Assembly (NCBI GenBank): GCA_038734945.1
Contig: JAVYOA010000002.1
Location: forward strand, 310,001-374,000
Direction of reading: 5' to 3'
Origin: Fervidicoccaceae archaeon
GTDB lineage: Archaea > Thermoproteota > Thermoprotei_A > Sulfolobales > Fervidicoccaceae
Length of the DNA: 64,000 bases
Shown here piece by piece: positions 29,928 through 39,066 of this stretch. Every line of letters begins with the position of its first letter. Within the stretch, counting starts at the first letter, position 1. A model generated the notes under the pieces. It searched no databases, had not been told where the DNA came from, and saw nothing but the letters and a program-made list of their open reading frames with translations. The translations under genes and the position numbers were made by a program.

Positions 29928-31711
29928 GAATCAATTTGCAATACTCCGTGAAGAGCTTCATCGAGCTTCCGCAGGAAATAGAAGAATTTTCATTGAGCCC
30001 CTTTGATCTGGAGAGCATAATCGCAAAGGGATTCGCTCTTCAACCTAGAATATCCTTGGATGGCATCCATGGAGATACATGGATAGGAAAGAGTAGCTGC
30101 GAGAGGGAGGTATTCATAAACAAGGATAGAGCCATATGCAATCCACTAGCAGGCTTTTCACACGAGAAGTTCGGAGTGGCTTTGACAAAGAACGGAAAGA
30201 AGTTCAGAGTTGAGGGGGGTGACGGATTGAAGCTGGAGGGTGAGAAATGCTCATATATGGAGGTTCCAGGAGCAATTATCATTTCAATATATGAGAAGCC
30301 ATATGCTCATATCGTAACATCCGACTATCTCTACGGTTTGAATGTTCATGAGAGGGCATACAGAGGGGAGCCGAGATCTGCTTCGGCTGGCTACAGAGCC
30401 TATACCACAATCTATGCTGACGGAAGGAGCCAGATATTCTGGGGAGGAAAAATAGAGGAAACCGGCATGCTCGCTCAGAGGGCATTGAGAGTTCAAAATT
30501 CAACATTTGTCCTCTCCTCTAGATGGTTAGTAAGGCTGGAGGAAGATCTTCCGAGACCTTTGGTCTTTCTTGGAGAAGAAGCTGATTTTCTGGGCCTCAT
30601 TAACGAGCAACCGGTATTCATGATAGGAGGAGCTCCCTATAGACTTGAGGAGGCCTCTCTTATTCCATTGAGACGCGTTGGAAAGCTTTCTCCTTCAGCT
30701 TCAATCTCAATCTACGATATAGCTGTTGTTTCCCTTCCGGGATGGCTCACAGTATATGATGAGGAGGAGAAAGAGATTCTGAAGGTTTCAAAGGGGGAGG
30801 ATTCTTGGTGCTGGGCAGTTAGGAAGAGCGTATTCTGCTGCACTAGAGGGCTATGCGGCGAGATCTCGGAAGGATCGTCGCAAATTTTTGTGAATGCTGA
30901 GAATTCTGAGGAAAGAGATCGCCATTCCATTGTTATAGATACGGAAGTCCCAGTGGTCATAGATGAAAATGGAGAAGAAAGGCTTCTCAGACCAGGAGAA
31001 AATGCCAAAATTAGCAGAAGCGATGTGAGTATTTTTGAGCCCTACATTTTCGATGTTAGGCTGAGGCACATTCTAGGAGCCGCCTCAGCTCCTATTCCCT
31101 CATCCCCCAGGAAAATCAAGCTGGAGGCAGAGGCAAGAGTGTTTGAGAGCACAGGGATCCATGAGTGCGGAAGGCCTTTTTTCCTTGAAGTAGAAGTTCT
31201 ATCCTTAGAAGCTCCGATGGAAATCAGGCTCTTTATTGAAGGAAAAGAAGTCAAGAGAGGTGAGAAGCTCGAGCTTTGCTTGGAAGAGCTTCCAGATTTT
31301 CTGCATCCCAGAGCATTTGATCCCGTTACCCAGAGATCGATTGAACTTGATCCTCTTATTGTGAACAGAGTGTTTGTGCATGAGCCCAGCCTGGGAATTG
31401 AGATCGAGCACCATGAGGGGAGAAGCGAGATCCTGCTGAAGACAAATGCTGAAGAGGTGAGAGGAAAGCTGATATGCAGCAACAGAGAATTTGGGCTGAA
31501 AATTCCCAAAAGCTTAATTGAGAACTGCCAGCTCCCTGCTTACTTCAGCTTGGAGCTTAGAAAGAACGGCTTTATATATCAGAGGAGGAAGGATATAGTA
31601 ATTGAAGACCTTGACGAGGACATTGTGAAAAAGCTGAAGAATGGAGAGAACGAGAGCAGAATTGGCGGATTTCTGATTCGATATTATGCTTCTCTCGGTC
31701 CTAGCTCTTAG
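29924..31711 (+). CDS. Uncharacterised 595-aa beta-rich protein (propeller-like N-terminus?)
   Basis: Long ORF with native codon style, many short beta-strand-like segments, no TM segment or signal peptide. Confidence 0.65.
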   Translation: MRINLQYSVKSFIELPQEIEEFSLSPFDLESIIAKGFALQPRISLDGIHGDTWIGKSSCEREVFINKDRAICNPLAGFSHEKFGVALTKNGKKFRVEGGDGLKLEGEKCSYMEVPGAIIISIYEKPYAHIVTSDYLYGLNVHERAYRGEPRSASAGYRAYTTIYADGRSQIFWGGKIEETGMLAQRALRVQNSTFVLSSRWLVRLEEDLPRPLVFLGEEADFLGLINEQPVFMIGGAPYRLEEASLIPLRRVGKLSPSASISIYDIAVVSLPGWLTVYDEEEKEILKVSKGEDSWCWAVRKSVFCCTRGLCGEISEGSSQIFVNAENSEERDRHSIVIDTEVPVVIDENGEERLLRPGENAKISRSDVSIFEPYIFDVRLRHILGAASAPIPSSPRKIKLEAEARVFESTGIHECGRPFFLEVEVLSLEAPMEIRLFIEGKEVKRGEKLELCLEELPDFLHPRAFDPVTQRSIELDPLIVNRVFVHEPSLGIEIEHHEGRSEILLKTNAEEVRGKLICSNREFGLKIPKSLIENCQLPAYFSLELRKNGFIYQRRKDIVIEDLDEDIVKKLKNGENESRIGGFLIRYYASLGPSS

Positions 31712-31929
31712 CTTTGTGAGATGCTTTTGAGTGAGGCGAAACAGCTGTATCTATTCTCATTTCAGCAGAGCTGTGCTTTTGGCTGAAGGTATAGCTGATA
31801 TGGAATAGATGATGCCTATTCACTTTTGAATTGTACACAATTTTCCTGAATCGAATCCATGAAGGATTGCCTTTTTCAGCAGTTTCAAAATAGATATGTT
31901 TGAATATTGGTGGGTATAGAAGAATATTG

Positions 31930-32537
31930 ATGTCCGAAAAGCTCTATACAATCAAGGAGGCGAAGAAGCTTCTTGGAGTCACCACCTGGACTATTCAGCA
32001 ATGGGATAGGCAGGGCAAGATTAGGTGTGTTAGAACTGTGGGGGATGAAGGAGGATCCCTGAAAGTGAAATAAAACGCATCCTTGGTTTAAGAGAGGAAA
32101 GAATTGTCGTAGGGTATGCAAGGGCTTCATCTTCAGCACAAAAGGATGATTTAGAAAGACAGAAACAACTTATTTCAAGCTACGCTAAGGAGAAAGGTTA
32201 TGGTGAAATTCAAGTTTTAACGGATGTTGGTTCTGGACTTAACGAAAAAAGAAAAAACTTCCTGAAACTCTTAGATATGGTTTCGGAAAGGAAAATCTCT
32301 AAAGTTATAGTCGCTTACGAAGATAGGCTCACGAGGTTTGGTTTTGAAACCTTAAGGAAAATGTTCTCAGCTTTCGGAACAGAAATAGAAGTAATAAATC
32401 ATGAAGGGAAGACACCTCAAGAAGAGCTTGTGGAAGACTTAATCACCATAGTTTCCCACTTCGCTGGAAAGCTCTACGGTATGAGGTCACACAAATATAA
32501 GGAGGTTGGCGAAGGTGTCAAGAAGCTTGTTGGTTAA
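31930..32537 (+). pseudogene. tnpA: IS607 serine recombinase TnpA, frameshifted
   Basis: MerR-like HTH (YTIKEAKKLLGVTTWTIQQWDRQGKI) stops at 32071-32073; catalytic part ([36 protein letters not shown]) is in another frame after TGA 32046-32048. Confidence 0.88.
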
Positions 32538-33717
32538 GGCATACTCAATACCGCATAACCTTGAGGTAAACGGGCTTATAGAGGATTACATGCGTGTCCT
32601 CAACGCTATCTTGGAGGATCTATGGAAGAACATTGCATGGGAGAGGAGGGGTAAGAGGCTTATACCGTTTCCTAGGAAGGACAAGACCTTCAGGAAGGAG
32701 CTTAGGGACAAGTACCTTAAGGGTTGGGTTTATTCCAAGCATTACGTGGACTCCGCGATTAAACAGGCTTATTCCGTGCTCGAGTCCTGGAGGAAGAGGT
32801 ACCTCCGCGGGCGGGCTGGAAGAAGAAGACCTGAGTTGAAGAGGAAGTTCGTGAGGGTCAAGGAAACCCTCTACAGCTACAGGGATGGTGTGCTCAGGAT
32901 TTCGATTAAACCCTATGAAGAAAGCGTGACCGTAGATTTGAGGAAGGCGTGGTGTTTGGATAGGATAAGGGGATTGGAGCTCGGCGAACTCATACTTAAA
33001 CAGGACAGGCTCATAGTTACTGTTAAAAGAGAGGTGGAGCTAAAGATTAAAGACCCAATATCATGGGACACGAACCTCTTAACCTTAGATGGCTTTGATG
33101 GTGAAAAGCATTACTCGATAAGCCTGAAGGAAATCTACACAATTCATAGAACCTATGAGCTGAAGAGAAGGATTATCCAGAAGCTACATGGAAAAATGAG
33201 GAAGAAGCTCCTGGAGAAGTACCGCTCGAGGGAGAGGAACAGGATTGACGACGCGCTGCACAAGCTGGCCAGGCAGCTCTCAGGCAGGACAAATATCTTT
33301 GAAGACCTGAAGAACTTCAAGGAGAGGGTGGCTAGGACGAAGAATAGGAGCATGAACAGGCAGAACAGCAAGCACGACTACATCAAACTGCAAAAGTATG
33401 TGGAATACAAATCTGCGTGGAATGGTTATGCTACCATATATGTGAAGGCGAAGGGCACCTCGAAGACCTGCTCCAAATGCGGGTACTACAACAAAGACCT
33501 AAGGGGAGCAGTCTTCAAGTGCCCAAAATGCGGACTTGTAATCGATAGGCAGAGGAATGCATCAATAAACATTTGGAAAAAGTTCCTTAGGATGTGGGGA
33601 TTCATGGGTTCACCCCGAAAGGAGCTAACCCCGATGAGCCCTCCAATGAACCCTGAGGAGGACAAGAGGGATGAAGCTCAAGGACTAAGTATGGATTCCA
33701 TACGTATCCACACTTAG
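32506..33717 (+). CDS. tnpB: TnpB RNA-guided nuclease family protein
   Basis: RuvC-I SWDTN, RuvC-II FEDL, Zn finger [14 protein letters not shown], RuvC-III region [10 protein letters not shown]; start may be GTG 32515. Confidence 0.92.
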   Translation: MAKVSRSLLVKAYSIPHNLEVNGLIEDYMRVLNAILEDLWKNIAWERRGKRLIPFPRKDKTFRKELRDKYLKGWVYSKHYVDSAIKQAYSVLESWRKRYLRGRAGRRRPELKRKFVRVKETLYSYRDGVLRISIKPYEESVTVDLRKAWCLDRIRGLELGELILKQDRLIVTVKREVELKIKDPISWDTNLLTLDGFDGEKHYSISLKEIYTIHRTYELKRRIIQKLHGKMRKKLLEKYRSRERNRIDDALHKLARQLSGRTNIFEDLKNFKERVARTKNRSMNRQNSKHDYIKLQKYVEYKSAWNGYATIYVKAKGTSKTCSKCGYYNKDLRGAVFKCPKCGLVIDRQRNASINIWKKFLRMWGFMGSPRKELTPMSPPMNPEEDKRDEAQGLSMDSIRIHT

Positions 33718-34159
33718 TTCAGAACCCTCTATGTTTGGAGGATATTCTATTCTGAAAAGCTCTTCATCCTTCCTGCTCACAACTATATGGCTTGGAGCAA
33801 TTTCCTCAATCTCGTAGTTTGGATAGAGAAGTACCTCCCTGCCACTGATGTTCTTCAAGAAAGTATATTTGAATTTTCCATTGCTGCGCTCTATCCACCC
33901 AGGATATAAGTATATATCTTCCACTGGAAATATGTCTTCATAGCCTACTTTTTTCTCTTTTCCTTCCACCCTCATTCTCTCCACTATTTCTACAACTCTC
34001 CTTTTTCTCACTTTTCCCTCCTTCAATCCAGTCACACATATTTCCTTATCTTGGAACTTGGATTCCAAGGGAGCAGCCCCAATGCAGATGCTCTTCTTTA
34101 AAAGAAGCTGGAGTTTTTGCAGAGCTTTATAAGCGATTCTTTTATTTTGGAGAGGGCAA

Positions 34160-34534
34160 ATGGCAAAAAGGAGCATTTCCTCGATTTTGGTAGCAATCGC
34201 CATGACATTGATTATTCTTGGTATGTTCACAGCAATCTACAGCAAACTGGAATTTTCTACAAACGCTCTTCGGGAAAAAACTCAGAGCTCAATATCTATG
34301 GCCACAGTCCTAGCTCTCAGGAATGGAGATAGAAACTATGAAGTTATCATATACAATTACGGTGATAGAATCATTGAGAAAATGACAATAGCATATAGCA
34401 ATGGCACTGCAATTGAGTATGAGAATGTCTCTTCAATAAAGCCAAAATCTCTGGTAACGCTGGTTGTCAGTGGAATCCCAATTTTCTATATGGATGCTGC
34501 TGGGGAAACAGGCAGAATAGAGGTGGTCAACTAG
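34160..34534 (+). CDS. Type IV (class III signal) minor pilin
   Basis: MAKRS|ISSILVAIAMTLIILG hydrophobic helix; IYNYGD beta-sandwich motif. Confidence 0.75.
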   Translation: MAKRSISSILVAIAMTLIILGMFTAIYSKLEFSTNALREKTQSSISMATVLALRNGDRNYEVIIYNYGDRIIEKMTIAYSNGTAIEYENVSSIKPKSLVTLVVSGIPIFYMDAAGETGRIEVVN

Positions 34535-34968
34535 TGAGAACCAGGGCCCTTGCAGAAGCCATGGCCATAGTGCTAATAGCGATTGTCTCTCTCCTTTTCA
34601 CCATTTTTCTGAGCACAGTGAATGAGAGAATCGCTGGAGAAACTGCGGAGAGAGCAGAAATGGTCAGCGATATGTCGCTCAGGAGCGTGGAGACTCTGTA
34701 CTTAAGCTTAAGCGAGAGTCATCCGTGCATAAAGAGCAATTTGAGGACTCAAATAGTGGCGCTCATTTTCTTCAGTCCAAATACGACGGAGCTATACAGG
34801 CATGATTCCAACCCGATCGAGGTCCAAGTAGGCTCCTGCATTCAGCTGAGCGAAATAGAATCGAAATCTCTCAAAGGTGTATGGAAGCTTCTCGTGATAA
34901 CTGTCCGCGGAAACGTCCACAGCTGGAACTCCACATTTCAGATTCAAGGTGTGAAGATTGAACCATAG
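34534..34968 (+). CDS. Type IV (class III signal) minor pilin
   Basis: MRTRA|LAEAMAIVLIAIVSLLF; C-terminal VITVRGN. Confidence 0.75.
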   Translation: MRTRALAEAMAIVLIAIVSLLFTIFLSTVNERIAGETAERAEMVSDMSLRSVETLYLSLSESHPCIKSNLRTQIVALIFFSPNTTELYRHDSNPIEVQVGSCIQLSEIESKSLKGVWKLLVITVRGNVHSWNSTFQIQGVKIEP

Positions 34969-36763
34969 GGGAATTGCGGAGGGAATTGGCGTCATTCTTT
35001 TAGCCCTGATGCTTACATCCTTCATCTCCATTTTAGCCTACGGAACGAGGCATGCAGAGAGCATAATCAGAACTGAGAGCAGCATCCAGTCAATATTAAG
35101 CTTGAGAAGAGCAGAGAGGATAGTATTTGGGGTAAATGGAAGCACATTGCTGGCAAAGAGCACTATTGAAACTGAGGCAGTTATGCTAGTAGTTTTCTGG
35201 AGCAATACTGTTTACTATTCCAATGAGAGCAGAATCCCTCTGCAACCTGGAGACTGGACTCTCCTTCCATTGCCACAGGAAGTAGCAGCTCTCATACTTT
35301 CATCAGGAAATGCTTCTCTAGGAATAATAACTCGCTACGGGAACTTCTTCGTTTTCACTCCGAATGATCTGGGCTCAATGAATGCATCGGTAAATCAAAT
35401 TCAATTTCTGAGATCTGGGGTCCTGCAGAGGGCAGGGAGCTTCAGTATTTACTATGTTGGAAATAGCTCGGCAATATATTCCTCATATCAAGCGACTGTG
35501 AGCGGTACATATGTAAAAGATTATTCAATGGGAAATGTTTTTGCCTCGCTCTCTATGTCCCTCAGCTCCTTTACTCCAATTTGGTCCCCCATTCTCATAT
35601 TCTATTCAGGAGATGTCTCCATAACTGAGAAATGGAACTGCAGCATTGTGAACGTGACTGTGGAAGATAGGGCTGGAGGAAAGATCAGCTTCTCTGCCTA
35701 TGCTAATGGAACGCTTATCAATAAGAGCACTGTGAATACCACGCAGGGCAGGTCGCTCAAGCTATTTTTATTTGATTTCTCATCGCAGAAGTACTCGAGC
35801 TCAGACGTGAAGATATTCTCGCTTCCAAGCGGTCCTGAGGTCTATGTCGTTTCAATAGTTCCCGTTCTATTCTCTGGGAGCTTCTACATTTACGCTACTT
35901 CGATTCTAGATGGAAGCTTGCTTTCCCTCAGCTACGGATCTCAATCCTCCAGCTCAAGCTCCTATTTATCCCCTCCAGGGAACATGGCTACTCCGAGCTA
36001 CATATATGCTGGATTTGTGAGCTTGATAGAGGGGGGATCTTACATCTATTATGATGGGAGCTTCAATTCCAGAACATCATCTCCCCACAGCATAAGCATT
36101 GAGCTGATAGACCAATCAACTCTTTCTGCCGCGATTGCTACAATCAATGTTGCTACCGCACTGCTTACAGACTACTATGGGGCTGGATATATAAGCTTCT
36201 TGGAACCTCCGGTGAATGTCAGCATGACTGGATTCAGCACTGTAATAAATGCGAAATCCTGGGATCTAAACAGGACTCCTGGAAGCTCAAACAGTTACTA
36301 TCAAGCACAATCTAGCATAACTTTTCCTGGAAGCTGCAGCGCCCAGGTCCTGGGAAAGATCTCGCTCTCAATTTCGTTCACAAATGCGGGAGGAAGCGCT
36401 ATTAATGGACCTCAGCCTAGTCCTCCACCCTACATCCCTACAGCACCTCCGTCGATATACTACATTCAGACTCCGATGCCAATGAATGGCACATCAATAG
36501 CAACGACAGTCTACTTATATGCTGAGAGAATTAACAGCAATCTCACTGCTAACTACATTAAAATAAATTTGGAGGACGGATCTTCTGAGAGCTTTTGGAA
36601 CGTTCCCTTCTCGATTATTTCCTCTCCGATAGGAGAGGTGTATGGGATAGCAATACCTCTAGATGGAGATTCTCGATATTCTTTGAGCATAACTGTGCTC
36701 TTTAACGGACAGAGGCTGGCGTATGGAACATTCTACAATTATCTTGCTCCATCTAATCCTTGA
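34958..36763 (+). CDS. Large pilin-like adhesin (class III signal, Ser/Thr-rich, many N-x-S/T sites)
   Basis: MNHRG|IAEGIGVILLALMLTSF; IITRYGN matches the motif in the preceding pilin; long extracellular-type C-terminal region. Confidence 0.72.
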   Translation: MNHRGIAEGIGVILLALMLTSFISILAYGTRHAESIIRTESSIQSILSLRRAERIVFGVNGSTLLAKSTIETEAVMLVVFWSNTVYYSNESRIPLQPGDWTLLPLPQEVAALILSSGNASLGIITRYGNFFVFTPNDLGSMNASVNQIQFLRSGVLQRAGSFSIYYVGNSSAIYSSYQATVSGTYVKDYSMGNVFASLSMSLSSFTPIWSPILIFYSGDVSITEKWNCSIVNVTVEDRAGGKISFSAYANGTLINKSTVNTTQGRSLKLFLFDFSSQKYSSSDVKIFSLPSGPEVYVVSIVPVLFSGSFYIYATSILDGSLLSLSYGSQSSSSSSYLSPPGNMATPSYIYAGFVSLIEGGSYIYYDGSFNSRTSSPHSISIELIDQSTLSAAIATINVATALLTDYYGAGYISFLEPPVNVSMTGFSTVINAKSWDLNRTPGSSNSYYQAQSSITFPGSCSAQVLGKISLSISFTNAGGSAINGPQPSPPPYIPTAPPSIYYIQTPMPMNGTSIATTVYLYAERINSNLTANYIKINLEDGSSESFWNVPFSIISSPIGEVYGIAIPLDGDSRYSLSITVLFNGQRLAYGTFYNYLAPSNP

Positions 36764-36813
36764 AGGATTTTTTCTAGCTTTTAAAGCTCTCCTTCATCTT
36801 CTGGGGATGAAAA

Positions 36814-37095
36814 ATGCATTTGCACTTCTACATTCTGAGCTTCTTCTTAAAGTTAGAGTCCCAGGTATTTACAGTATCTCCGGAGCCTCCTCCTGGAATA
36901 AGCGAGGCAATCATGAAGCTGCTTTCATGGTTAGCCTGGATAGGGTGGGTATCAGTTGCTGCTGCTTTAATTGCAGGGGGAATTAGCCTAGTCCTTGGCT
37001 ACATGGAAAGAGGAAAGAGGCTGATTCTTGGAGCCATTCTTGGAGCCCTGATTCTGGCATTCTACAGCGCTATTATCTCAGGGCTCATAGGATAA
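36814..37095 (+). CDS. VirB2/TrbC-like conjugative-type pilin (CedA1/TedC-like)
   Basis: Leader, Pro-rich linker, then two hydrophobic helices joined by a basic loop (ERGKR); no class III signal; own TATA-like TTTTAAAG at ~36779. Confidence 0.62.
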   Translation: MHLHFYILSFFLKLESQVFTVSPEPPPGISEAIMKLLSWLAWIGWVSVAAALIAGGISLVLGYMERGKRLILGAILGALILAFYSAIISGLIG

Positions 37096-37154
37096 ATATA
37101 CAGAGATTTTTTTGCCCTTTTTTAAGCCCCTTTTACTCTCTTGGAGGGATATAC

Positions 37155-37616
37155 TTGAGAAAAATCTGCAGAGCAAGAAAAATGAGGGGGATGAGCTCGG
37201 AGCTCATAGTAATGATATCCGTGGTCCTCATAGCGATGGTAGCAGTCTTTGCTCTTAGAGGATGGCTCTCCACCCAGCTAGGGAGGATGGGCAACATAGA
37301 CATGGCAGAGGCAACCTTCACCAGCACTTCAGTCAATCCAAGTAGCATGGTTATTGTAATTAATGTGAAGAATCTCCTTCCGAACCAAATAAGCATCATA
37401 GGATTTCAGATACTTCTCTCCAATGGAACTGTGCTCACTGGAAATTCAGCAGGTATTTCAACTTCGCCTGCCCTTCCAACAGCAGTAGCAGGAAAATCCG
37501 ATGGACTCTTAACCGTGTTCCTGAACAACATGCAGAATAGCATTCTGAAGATCAGCGTGAATGTTCAAGACAATTCGACTGGACAGACACAGTGGATTTC
37601 TGCGGTTGGAAGCTAA
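37155..37616 (+). CDS. Probable major type IV pilin
   Basis: RARKMRG|MSSELIVMISVVLIAMVAVF; INVKN beta domain; own TATA-like TTTTTAAG at ~37119. Confidence 0.78.
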   Translation: MRKICRARKMRGMSSELIVMISVVLIAMVAVFALRGWLSTQLGRMGNIDMAEATFTSTSVNPSSMVIVINVKNLLPNQISIIGFQILLSNGTVLTGNSAGISTSPALPTAVAGKSDGLLTVFLNNMQNSILKISVNVQDNSTGQTQWISAVGS

Positions 37617-37647
37617 CTTCTCGGTCCTCATGGGGAGGCTAAAAATA

Positions 37648-39066
37648 ATGGGGATCATCCTGGAAAGAAAATTTTTCTCTGAAAAAGAAAGGAAAGTAGG
37701 GACACTTTTTTGTAGTGAGGATAAGCACCTCCCCCCTGAAAGCTCCACCCCGCACGAAAATCTTCCTTTGAGGTATAGAGTAGGAGCATATGATGTTCAA
37801 ATAGTGAGGAGCAACGGTGTTTATGAGTACCGCATATGTACAAAGAAGGAGCTGGGCGATCTTCATAATCTCATAGAGTCCAGGCTAGAGGAGATAATTC
37901 TCCTCATGAGAAAAGGGGCAGATGCAGGAGATGTTCTAACAAGCGTGCTCGGAATTCCTAGAGAAAAGGTCCCTGATGCCTTGTTTGTGCTCAGGAGCAT
38001 TCTTGAATATGGGAAAATCCAGGCTCTGCTCGGCGATGCTCACATCCAGGATATAAGCATTGAGGGGGCTGATAGAGTATGGATAAGGCACTCGCTCATT
38101 GAAAAAATGGATGAGGATCAGGACTTCATTCCTACCAATATATTTTTTCAGAGCGTTGAGGAGGTGCTAGTGCTGCAGCAGATAATTGCAACGAAATGCA
38201 ATGTCTACGTCTCCATGAGCAATCCCATTGTGGAGGCACAGCTTCCAGCTGCAGATGGAGGACATAGGGTTCACCTAGTCTTCCCATCTATATCTCAGAA
38301 CAGACCTGAAATAGTAATAAGAAAGAGACTGCAGCGCCCTCCAAGCATTAAGAATCTCTCCGAGAGGGGGGTAATCCCAGATGCTGCTGTGGAGCTTCTA
38401 AGGGGAATAATTGCTGCCAGAGCTTCAGCAATAATAGCAGGACCACCTGGTTCAGGAAAAACTACACTTCTCAGAAGCATACTTCACTACTTGGTACCGA
38501 GAACATGGAAGGTCCTCGTAATTGAAGATACAGGCGAAATAGATCCGCCTCCAGGGTCTCCTTGGACAAAGTACACAACGTTTGAGCTAGGTTCAGTGAA
38601 AATAGATCTTTTCGATCTGGCCAAGGCCTCTCTCAGGGCTTCAGGAACAAAGATCATAGTTGTTGGTGAGACGAGAGGCTCTGAGGCACAAGTCCTCTCC
38701 CAGGCAATGCTTGTGGGATTGGGAGCGCTCACAACTTTCCATGGGTCCAGCCCAAGCGAAGTCATCTCCAGGCTCATGAGCCCTCCAATCAACTTGAGGG
38801 CTCCCCAGATAGGAATGTTCCAATATTTGTTCGTACTTGGATTTGGAAAATCTCCGAGAAGGCAGCTAAAGTCACTGTCGGAGCTAAGCTACAGCGTAGA
38901 GAAGAAAATGGTTGAGCATAGAGTGATTTGGTCCAGGGAAGTTGATGGAATGAAAATTGACCCCGAGGAAATGCTTCGTAGGAGTGAGAGGTGGAAGGAG
39001 CTTCTGAAGAGGTCAATGGATGCTTCACATGGTGGAGATGAAGTTGAGGATCTCGCACAAGCTTAG
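37648..39066 (+). CDS. Type II/IV secretion-pilus assembly ATPase (TadA/CpaF/VirB11 family)
   Basis: IQDISIEG, Walker A GPPGSGKTT, Asp box IEDTGEI, Walker B IVVGETRG.EA, His box TTFHG; start after GGAGG RBS. Confidence 0.92.
   Translation: MGIILERKFFSEKERKVGTLFCSEDKHLPPESSTPHENLPLRYRVGAYDVQIVRSNGVYEYRICTKKELGDLHNLIESRLEEIILLMRKGADAGDVLTSVLGIPREKVPDALFVLRSILEYGKIQALLGDAHIQDISIEGADRVWIRHSLIEKMDEDQDFIPTNIFFQSVEEVLVLQQIIATKCNVYVSMSNPIVEAQLPAADGGHRVHLVFPSISQNRPEIVIRKRLQRPPSIKNLSERGVIPDAAVELLRGIIAARASAIIAGPPGSGKTTLLRSILHYLVPRTWKVLVIEDTGEIDPPPGSPWTKYTTFELGSVKIDLFDLAKASLRASGTKIIVVGETRGSEAQVLSQAMLVGLGALTTFHGSSPSEVISRLMSPPINLRAPQIGMFQYLFVLGFGKSPRRQLKSLSELSYSVEKKMVEHRVIWSREVDGMKIDPEEMLRRSERWKELLKRSMDASHGGDEVEDLAQA

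Larger units (their letters stand above)
31870..33726 (+). mobile_element. IS607-family insertion sequence (~1.86 kb)
   Basis: Serine-recombinase tnpA plus overlapping tnpB; CC (GG) dinucleotide at both ends, no target duplication; removal restores a host ORF. Confidence 0.88.
31701..34068 (-). pseudogene. ~170-aa hypothetical gene split by IS607 (5' part ~34068-33725, 3' part 31869-31701)
   Basis: Joining across the shared GG gives ...EYPPNIE-G-NPSWIRFRKIVYN...SHKAKS*, open for 56 codons in frame; start position uncertain. Confidence 0.7.

Noticed and set aside
32041..32051. Programmed frameshift or TGA recoding in tnpA
   Set aside because: Both a frame change and a stop bypass would be needed, and there is no canonical slippery heptamer; decay is simpler
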